From an uncultured Clostridia bacterium (GTDB lineage: Bacteria; Bacillota; Clostridia; Oscillospirales; CAG-272): a stretch of DNA of 64,000 nucleotides. The position numbers were made by a program, and so were the translations under genes. Below, in pieces: positions 54,496 to 60,809 of the stretch. Position 1 is the first letter of the stretch. Every line of letters begins with the position of its first letter. The stretch covers positions 88,182-152,181 of the forward strand of contig CAMJPL010000001.1 of NCBI GenBank assembly GCA_946407735.1, in the 5' to 3' direction. The notes under the pieces are model-generated. The model searched no databases, was not told the origin of the DNA, and saw nothing but the letters and a program-made list of their open reading frames with translations.

Positions 54496-54939
54496 TTATT
54501 CCGCTTTGGAGTTCTGTATTCCTTCTCTGAGTTCCGCTGACGTTTCGATCAAGAAATCATATAGCTTACTCGCCGTTGCGAAATCGGAGAGCCTTAACAG
54601 CTTCATAAGCTGAACGGTGTCGATCTGGTAATCGTCTTCCTTTGATATTTCCCTGATTATGTTTTCTTCTCCTAAGGCGTTCACGGCGTCCTCATAGTCG
54701 ATATAGAGCGCGTAGCATATCTCTTGCAGATTATAGAATACTTCGAGCTTTTCTAAATCGGCATGTTGCATAGAGCCTATGATTACAGCAAGCAGGGAGT
54801 TCATGTCGCTGTCTATCCGCTGGTATTCCTCATCATCGGAATCGCAGGGAGAGACGCTGAATATCGGGTGTTCACCGCTGTCGTCTATGCCGAGAAGGTT
54901 ATAATCCTTTCCGTCAACGTGTACTTTCGTGTCTTTCAT
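54496..54939 (-). CDS. Strongly acidic 147-aa hypothetical protein (element cargo)
   Basis: GAGGTG SD 5 nt before the ATG. By my count about 33 Asp+Glu versus about 12 Lys+Arg. No recognizable motif. Hairpin plus T-run directly downstream. Confidence 0.6.
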   Translation of the reverse strand: MKDTKVHVDGKDYNLLGIDDSGEHPIFSVSPCDSDDEEYQRIDSDMNSLLAVIIGSMQHADLEKLEVFYNLQEICYALYIDYEDAVNALGEENIIREISKEDDYQIDTVQLMKLLRLSDFATASKLYDFLIETSAELREGIQNSKAE

Positions 54940-55085
54940 TATCGCACCTCATAAAGATAAATAAGCTATGCCGATAGCTGTTGATAATCTCTGTGAAGTG
55001 AAATAAATTCAAAAAACAATACTAACGGATTTTCGAGCGCAGTGATTATGAAATTATATTAGATATATTGTTTCTAAATTGTTTC

Positions 55086-55128
55086 TCCTAAATCTTGCGC
55101 GTCTGCCAATTCCGCCATACCCGCGTAT
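55086..55128. repeat. 43-bp direct repeat, right att site (orphan tRNA 5' half)
   Basis: Identical to 50173-50215. It lacks the tRNA 3' half: AT-rich element DNA starts at 55085. Confidence 0.9.
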
Positions 55129-55163
55129 GAATTTATCCCATGCCGCCGTATGCGGCGATGATT

Positions 55164-55192
55164 ATTATAACATATTTTCTTTCAGATGTCAA
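55164..55192 (-). promoter_or_regulatory. Perfect consensus promoter (TTGACA-17bp-TATAAT, minus strand): the native tRNA-Leu promoter
   Basis: TGTCAA at 55187-55192 and ATTATA at 55164-55169 on the plus strand, with a 17-bp spacer. The -10 ends 39 nt upstream of the orphan tRNA 5' end at 55124. Confidence 0.7.
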
Positions 55193-55231
55193 GATATGAT
55201 GTGTTTCCGCTTGAAAATCGCCGGAGGCATA

Positions 55232-55260
55232 TTGACAAACGCACGGTGGAGGTATATAAT
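55232..55260 (+). promoter_or_regulatory. Perfect consensus promoter (TTGACA-17bp-TATAAT, plus strand)
   Basis: -35 at 55232-55237, 17-bp spacer, -10 at 55255-55260. Divergent from the tRNA promoter. Gives a ~157-nt leader before the ATG at 55424. Confidence 0.65.
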
Positions 55261-55311
55261 GAAAGCGGCGCGATATCAGGGGCGCCTGCACAAAACCGGG
55301 AGGATTACGAC

Positions 55312-55344
55312 ATGATGATGTTCATGAAGCTGAGGAATATCTGA
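55312..55344 (+). CDS. Candidate leader peptide MMMFMKLRNI (10 codons)
   Basis: GGGAGG SD (55298-55303) lies 8 nt before the ATG. The stop lies 1 nt before an 8-bp hairpin stem (55346-55353 pairs with 55368-55375). The ORF sits inside the leader of the P-loop/GNAT gene. Confidence 0.35.
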   Translation: MMMFMKLRNI

Positions 55345-55423
55345 CGGCATGAGGCTTTATCAGCAGTCTCATGCCATGAGCCGTGATATAACCAAGACTG
55401 CGTGATAAAAGAGGACATGACGA

Positions 55424-56521
55424 ATGATATTTCAGGATAATATCTTAAAGCGGTATCTGGAGAACGTATACTTTGTCGCCGGTACGGCGTGCGGCGGAAA
55501 GACGACCGTTTCACGGGCGCTCGGAGAACGCTACGGCATCCCGGTCTTCAGCGCCGATGAGATGTTCGGCAGACACCGGGAGATGTCGGACGCAGCGTTT
55601 CAGCCGAACATGAACAAGGCCTTCGCCGACGCCGACGAATTTTTCGGACGCACCTCCGGCGAGTATGAAAGCTGGCTCGACGGCTGCTCGGATGAGCAGC
55701 TCGGCTTCGTTCTGCTTGATCTTGTGAGGCTGTCCGGCGGCGGCAGGATGATATGCGACTGTAATCTTACGCCTTCTGCAGCCGCGATGATCACCGAGCC
55801 TTCGAGGACGGTCTTCCTTATAAGAGAGCCGTCCGGCGTCGAGCGCGAATATGCCGCCCGTCCCGACCATGAGGATTTCGGAAGATGGCTCGAAAGCGCC
55901 TCGGACCCGGACGCGGCCGCCGCCGTCTTCGGCGAAACGATCCGCAGGGTAAACGGAAAACTGTATGACGCCGTCAAAAGCAGCGGATGGTTCTTTATCG
56001 ACCGCGGCGAGGGATTGTCGGTCGGCGGGACGGTCGCGAGAGCGGCCGCGCATTTCGGCTTTTCCGGGCGAAAGGACGTCGCGGTGGAAAAGGTCGAAAA
56101 AGGCTCCACACTCGCCATTGAGCTTGTCAGCTTCATCGAGAACTGCTCATGGACCGAGGTGAAGGAGAATCTCGCGGGATTTCTGCGGGAATGGAGCTTT
56201 TCGGACGGCGAAGCTGTGTTCGCGGCGGTCTCGGACGGAAAGATCGTCGGAATGGCCGCGCTGAAGGAAACCGATTATTACCCTTTGCCGGATATCTTCC
56301 CGTGGGTCACCTGCCTGTTCGTGACCGAGGAATACCGCGGGCGCGGGATATGCGGCGAGCTTATCTCGCGCGCCAACTCATACGCGAAAACGCTCGGATA
56401 TGACAGAACATATATACCGTCGCCGCATCTCGGGCTGTACGAGCGGTACGGCTACAGATATGTGAGGGATATCGTGAATTACGGCGGAGAGACCGACCAT
56501 CTGTTCGTAAAGGAAATATAA
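55424..56521 (+). CDS. Fusion protein: N-terminal P-loop NTPase/kinase-like domain plus C-terminal GNAT acetyltransferase
   Basis: Walker A GTACGGKTT at the N-terminus. C-terminal GNAT motif FVTEEYRGRGICGELISRANSYAKTLG. Confidence 0.75.
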   Translation: MIFQDNILKRYLENVYFVAGTACGGKTTVSRALGERYGIPVFSADEMFGRHREMSDAAFQPNMNKAFADADEFFGRTSGEYESWLDGCSDEQLGFVLLDLVRLSGGGRMICDCNLTPSAAAMITEPSRTVFLIREPSGVEREYAARPDHEDFGRWLESASDPDAAAAVFGETIRRVNGKLYDAVKSSGWFFIDRGEGLSVGGTVARAAAHFGFSGRKDVAVEKVEKGSTLAIELVSFIENCSWTEVKENLAGFLREWSFSDGEAVFAAVSDGKIVGMAALKETDYYPLPDIFPWVTCLFVTEEYRGRGICGELISRANSYAKTLGYDRTYIPSPHLGLYERYGYRYVRDIVNYGGETDHLFVKEI

Positions 56522-56548
56522 TCGCTTTATCTGCTCCGGTGGCATATC

Positions 56549-56590
56549 AGCGCGGCGCCGTTTTACCGTGAAACGGCGCCGCGCTTTTTG
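56549..56590 (+). terminator. Rho-independent terminator
   Basis: AGCGCGGCGCCGTTT-taccgtg-AAACGGCGCCGCGCT (15-bp stem) followed by TTTTT. Confidence 0.85.
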
Positions 56591-56647
56591 TTCGGCTCCG
56601 GGAATCGCGGTTCACTGCCGCTTAAACGGTATTTCAGAACAGCTGTC

Positions 56648-56676
56648 TTGACCATCCGCTTCGGTTATGGTATAAT
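56648..56676 (+). promoter_or_regulatory. SigA-type promoter (TTGACC-17bp-TATAAT)
   Basis: -35 at 56648-56653, 17-bp spacer, -10 at 56671-56676. Lies upstream of the XRE-family regulator. Confidence 0.6.
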
Positions 56677-56717
56677 GAAACCACGCAGAAAAACAGCGGT
56701 GTTCCGGGAGGATGCAT

Positions 56718-57812
56718 ATGGATATCGGATCGGTGATCAGGGCAAAAAGGCGTCAGAAGGATCTGACACAGGAGCAGCTTGCCGAATATCTGAATGTTTC
56801 GGTTTCGTCGGTTTCTCAGTGGGAGAACGGCAAAACGGCCCCCGACCTGGCTATGCTCGAGCCGATAGCCGAATTTTTCGGTATTTCTCTCGATGAGCTT
56901 TTCGGAAGACAGCCGGACGAGAAGGAAAAAGCGCTCGCTGAATATGATGAGAGGGGCGGACGCCTTGCCGCCGCCGGCGATACAGACGGCGAGATCGATC
57001 TCTGGCGGGAAGCTTTGCGCCGATTCCCCGGCGACTTCGGCTGCATGGAAAACCTTGCCACTTCACTGTTTCTGCGCATCTGCGCCGATCATGACGCCGA
57101 AGGCGTCGAAGAAATGGCGAAAGAGTGCGCGTCGATGTGCGAAAGGATACTGAGGGACTGCACCGACAGCGTGATTCGAGGCGGCGCGGTGCAGACGCTC
57201 GTGCTGCTCTATTCCTCGAGTTTTCTCTCGATCGCGAATGAGGAAAAGGCGATCGGATATGCCTGCATGGCAGTGTCGGCGTGGCAGTGCAGAGAATCTC
57301 TTCTCGAAAGCGCGTACTTTACCGAAGAAAGCCGGGACAAACGGCTGAATATCATGCACGCCAACCGCCTTTATTACATGGACCGGCTGGCTGCGAGCCT
57401 TATATATGGCTGCGACATCCGGGACGGCGAGCGTCTTTCCGCGCTGGAAACCGCGCTGAGGATATATGAGCTTATAATCTGCGACGGCAATTATCTGTTC
57501 TATCACTGCAGGATTGCGGACATCTTCTCATACATCGCCATGATGCACGCCGGGAGGCAGAGAGTCGGCGAGACTCTGGAAGCGGTTAAAAAGGCTCTGT
57601 ACCACGCCCGCGCTTACGATACGCTTCCGGCTGAGGAGCAGCGGTACACGAGCGTTTTCCTTCGCTGCGCGTCCTCCGACCCTTCACGGTGTTCAAAGAA
57701 TTATACCGAGACTCATACAAAGGTCGTTATGGATCGGTTCAAAAACCATGAATTTGACTTCATCCGGGAGAACCGGGAATTTCTTGACGCTGTCTCCGCT
57801 TATGAAGCGTGA
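56718..57812 (+). CDS. XRE-family HTH regulator with a long helical (TPR-like) C-terminal domain
   Basis: IRAKRRQKDLTQEQLAEYLNVSVSSVSQWENGKTAPDLAMLEPIAEFFGISLDELF, followed by ~300 aa of helical-repeat-like sequence. GGGAGG SD favours the ATG at 56718 over 56712. Confidence 0.8.
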   Translation: MDIGSVIRAKRRQKDLTQEQLAEYLNVSVSSVSQWENGKTAPDLAMLEPIAEFFGISLDELFGRQPDEKEKALAEYDERGGRLAAAGDTDGEIDLWREALRRFPGDFGCMENLATSLFLRICADHDAEGVEEMAKECASMCERILRDCTDSVIRGGAVQTLVLLYSSSFLSIANEEKAIGYACMAVSAWQCRESLLESAYFTEESRDKRLNIMHANRLYYMDRLAASLIYGCDIRDGERLSALETALRIYELIICDGNYLFYHCRIADIFSYIAMMHAGRQRVGETLEAVKKALYHARAYDTLPAEEQRYTSVFLRCASSDPSRCSKNYTETHTKVVMDRFKNHEFDFIRENREFLDAVSAYEA

Positions 57813-57813
57813 C

Positions 57814-57848
57814 GGATAAAAGGCGCGGGGAGTCTTGCTCCCCGCGCC
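57814..57848 (-). terminator. Terminator hairpin between convergent genes
   Basis: GGCGCGGGGAG-tcttg-CTCCCCGCGCC. A T-run (TTTTATCC) follows on the minus strand only. Confidence 0.6.
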
Positions 57849-57871
57849 GTGTGTCTGTATTTCCTGTTTTC

Positions 57872-59893
57872 TCACATTTCTCTCGGCCCGACGTCGCTCA
57901 CGTCTATCGGAGCGAAGCCCATCTCCCAGGCGGGAGAGTCGCAGGCGAGGGTGAAGTCGCGGTTCTTCGGGTCGGCGAACTTCGGATCGGCGAGGATCGA
58001 ATCCTGCTCGAGACCGTGCGCCTGGAAGTCGGCGAGGCAAAGGTCCCTGTCCTCGTCGCCCTTGTGCATCATGACCGGAGCGGCGTTTTCGCCCCAGATC
58101 AGGTTGCGCCCGCAGGCGATGGTGCTTTCCTCGAAATGCCTGTCCTGAATGCCGTAGACCGGGCAGCCGTCGGTGTACATTATGTTCTGCTCGAATATGA
58201 TCGACAGATGCTGCTCGAAGCGGCTGACGCGGCAGAGCTGGCCGCCGGCGTAGGCGAATATGTTGTTGCGAACCGTGTTCATGCGGCCGTAGTGCTGATG
58301 ATAGCAGTTGTCGTTGCAGTCGTAGCAGATGTTGTTCTCGAGCGTCACATATCCGGAGCCCTCGTCGGTGTACAGCGCCCATCCGCCGTAATCGTGGCTC
58401 TTGATGCCGTGGATTATGTTGTTAGCGACGACGGTGCCGGGCTGAGCGCCGAGCAGGTAGACGCCGCCCATGTCTGACAGCACGCCCTGACCGAGGTCGT
58501 GGATGTGGTTCTTGAGTATCAGGTTGTCGCGGGTGATGCTCTTTGAGTAGCCCCATACCCAGCCGCAGGAGACGCCGGTGTAGAAAAGATCGCCGATGTC
58601 GTTGTGGGCGATGCGGTTGTTGTACGAGTTCATCACCAGCACGCCGCAGCCGGCCATATATACCCGGCCGCAGTGATTTATCACGCAGTCGCAGACGCCG
58701 TTGTCGTGGGTGACGTCGCCGCATTTCGCCGGATCGGCGTCTATCTCGGCGGCGGACGCGCCGTTGATCCTCACGCCTCCGGCGCCGCCGTCATAGAAGC
58801 GGTCGCGGGCTATCCTGATCTCGGAGCTGCCCTTTCCTATGTTCACGCCGTAGAGACCGTAATTCACTATCTCGCATTTGGCGACGGCGCAGTTGTCGGC
58901 GTACTCGAAGTTGATCGTTCCGGTGCAGTTGGAGACGGCCTGACCGTCGGAGGCGAATTTGCCGTTGTCCTCGCCGTGGACGCCGACGCCGGATACGTAG
59001 TTGGACGATGTATAGGCGATTTTGAGCCCGCGGATGCGGATGTTTCTGACGTGTTTGTCGGACGTTCCCTTGATGTTTACAAGCTCGCCGGTGCAGGGGA
59101 TGTGAGCCTCGATGTTATCGGCCGTCTCGCCATCGCGCGGGATGTAGTACAGCTTTCCGGCGGGTCTGTCGTAATACGCCTCGCCGGGATTATTAAAGGC
59201 CTCGGGGATGTTCTCGACGATGAAGCCGAAATTGGTCGTCAGATTGAAGCGGGAGGGGTACCTGAGAGTGATCCTGCCGCTTTCGGCGTCGTAGTCCTCG
59301 ACGGGCGAGTGCTCGTCGATCCAGTAGTGGTTGAACGATATCACGGCGTCCTTCATGTGCTCGGGCGAGATGCATGAGAGGGCGGCCGGGTCGCCGGACA
59401 GCCATTTTGACGGAGCGAAGAGAGCCGGGGCGGGATTCTCGAAGCCGGTCATTTTCAGCCGCTCCTCGCCCTCGGCGGGATAGCGGGTCTTTTTCGCTCT
59501 CTCGCCGCAGACATAGAGGTCGGTCACGACCGTGTCGCCGATCTCGGCGGAAAGGCAGGGAACGCCGTTGAATGTGTCAGCCTTGAAGCCGACGATCTTC
59601 TTTCCGCCGCTGATGACGGCCTTTTCGCAGGCGCTGTACGACTCGATGGTGATGTTGGTCACGTCGGGACCGATGGTCAGCGGCTTTGCGAATTCATACT
59701 CGCCGGGGAGCAGCCTGATCGTCACCGGCTGGTCGACGCCGCTGCGGCGAAGCTCGGCGACGGCGACAAGCGCCGATTCTATCGAAGCGAACGGACCGTC
59801 GCCGTTCGGCTTTGAAGTCGGGCTCTGACCCGTCATGTCGCGGGGGGCGTTTTTGTCTACGTAATAGGTGGAAACGGTGTTGTAAGGTCTCAT
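57872..59893 (-). CDS. Right-handed parallel beta-helix repeat protein (putative polysaccharide-active enzyme)
   Basis: 673 aa with repeated PbH1-like turns (NNIIHGIKSHDYGGWALYTDEGSGYVTLENNICYDC and similar). No signal peptide is apparent. Confidence 0.7.
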   Translation of the reverse strand: MRPYNTVSTYYVDKNAPRDMTGQSPTSKPNGDGPFASIESALVAVAELRRSGVDQPVTIRLLPGEYEFAKPLTIGPDVTNITIESYSACEKAVISGGKKIVGFKADTFNGVPCLSAEIGDTVVTDLYVCGERAKKTRYPAEGEERLKMTGFENPAPALFAPSKWLSGDPAALSCISPEHMKDAVISFNHYWIDEHSPVEDYDAESGRITLRYPSRFNLTTNFGFIVENIPEAFNNPGEAYYDRPAGKLYYIPRDGETADNIEAHIPCTGELVNIKGTSDKHVRNIRIRGLKIAYTSSNYVSGVGVHGEDNGKFASDGQAVSNCTGTINFEYADNCAVAKCEIVNYGLYGVNIGKGSSEIRIARDRFYDGGAGGVRINGASAAEIDADPAKCGDVTHDNGVCDCVINHCGRVYMAGCGVLVMNSYNNRIAHNDIGDLFYTGVSCGWVWGYSKSITRDNLILKNHIHDLGQGVLSDMGGVYLLGAQPGTVVANNIIHGIKSHDYGGWALYTDEGSGYVTLENNICYDCNDNCYHQHYGRMNTVRNNIFAYAGGQLCRVSRFEQHLSIIFEQNIMYTDGCPVYGIQDRHFEESTIACGRNLIWGENAAPVMMHKGDEDRDLCLADFQAHGLEQDSILADPKFADPKNRDFTLACDSPAWEMGFAPIDVSDVGPREM

Positions 59894-59951
59894 GGATGCT
59901 TACCTCCGTATGATTTATGTCGGTGTTTTGGCTGCCTTGCTATGCGCGCCG

Positions 59952-60356
59952 TCACTCTGCGAGGGAGAACCCGAACGAGCCTTCCTCGCATTTTTCTGAC
60001 GTCTCGATTATGATATATACGGTTTTGTTTTTCGGAAGATCGGCTGACGATCCGACATTTTCTCCGGCTTTTATCGAAAACAGCGGAGTCTTTCCGTCCC
60101 CGGAGTCATAATACACGTCGGCCGCGCCGGTCTGGAGGCTTCCCGTGTATGTCATCACGGGCGACCCGTCATTTCCGGTTTTCAGACGGAAGACCATCCT
60201 GCCCTCGAACTGCCAGAAGCTCATCGCGGCGTGATCCGACGTGTTCGAGTGCACGAAGGCGGACGCCCTGTATGACGAAACGTATCTGCCGCAGCCTGAG
60301 AGACAGAGACAGAATATCACGGCCGCGGCGATGAGCAGAACGGTTTTTCTTTTCAT
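59952..60356 (-). CDS. Small lipoprotein, unknown function
   Basis: Signal peptide with lipobox LSGC. Overlaps the upstream gene stop by 4 nt. Confidence 0.65.
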   Translation of the reverse strand: MKRKTVLLIAAAVIFCLCLSGCGRYVSSYRASAFVHSNTSDHAAMSFWQFEGRMVFRLKTGNDGSPVMTYTGSLQTGAADVYYDSGDGKTPLFSIKAGENVGSSADLPKNKTVYIIIETSEKCEEGSFGFSLAE

Positions 60357-60808
60357 GATCGGGTGTTCCCTCCGTTTTCGGCATCGGCGGACGTAAACTC
60401 GTCCGCCGTTATGACGCGGTAGCCCTCTTTTATCGCCATGGCGGCGAAAACGCCGTCGCCGTCTGTAAGGACGCCTGTGAAGCTGCCGTCGTATATCCGC
60501 CCCTTCCCGCAGCTCGGGCTGCGCGGCTGAAGGATGATGAGATCCGGCTTATTCCGGCGGACTGTCTCCATCGCCATTTCGGCTCCGATGGTGAATTCCT
60601 TCGTGACGTCGCGCCCGTCCTTCGTCATTACCCTGTCGGCTCTCCGTTCGGACGGCGTTCTCGGCGTCGGGAGGCCTCCGAGCGTCTCGGGGCAGAGCGG
60701 GATGAGCTCATTGTCTTCGGCGAGTCTGACGATTCGCTCGTCATAGTTGCTTTTTCCGTTGTACTTGCAGTTTTCCCCGAGAAGGCAGGCAGATACGGCG
60801 ATCTTCAT
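60353..60808 (-). CDS. DUF523 family protein (TudS-like, putative Fe-S thiouracil desulfidase family)
   Basis: MKIAVSACLLGENCKYNGKSNY...LCPE...GGLPTPR...SPSCG is the characteristic DUF523 Cys pattern. Confidence 0.8.
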   Translation of the reverse strand: MKIAVSACLLGENCKYNGKSNYDERIVRLAEDNELIPLCPETLGGLPTPRTPSERRADRVMTKDGRDVTKEFTIGAEMAMETVRRNKPDLIILQPRSPSCGKGRIYDGSFTGVLTDGDGVFAAMAIKEGYRVITADEFTSADAENGGNTRS

Positions 60809-60809
60809 T

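Larger units (their letters stand above)
50173..55128 (-). mobile_element. 4,956-bp integrative element (int, xis-like, RCR rep, acidic ORF) in tRNA-Leu
   Basis: Perfect 43-bp direct repeats at both ends. Composition drops sharply to AT-rich between them. The integrase lies next to the tRNA, with an RCR Rep and an HTH excisionase-like gene. All ORFs are on the minus strand. Confidence 0.85.

Noticed and set aside
55079-55514. ORFs 55079-55315 (+) and 55305-55514 (-).
   Set aside because: The first translates the att repeat and both divergent promoters. The second is antisense to the leader and the start of the P-loop/GNAT gene.
56588-56896. 102-aa ORF overlapping the promoter and 5' end of the XRE regulator, considered as a signalling pro-peptide.
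   Set aside because: It would start upstream of the mapped -35/-10 hexamers and has no SD or signal peptide. It also overlaps the regulator out of frame.
57693-59828. Several ORFs (57693-58382 -, 57809-58477 +, 58604-59377 +, 59532-59828 + and others) overlapping the beta-helix gene.
   Set aside because: They are alternate or antisense frames of a 673-aa gene with consistent PbH1-like repeats and have Arg/Gly-rich composition.
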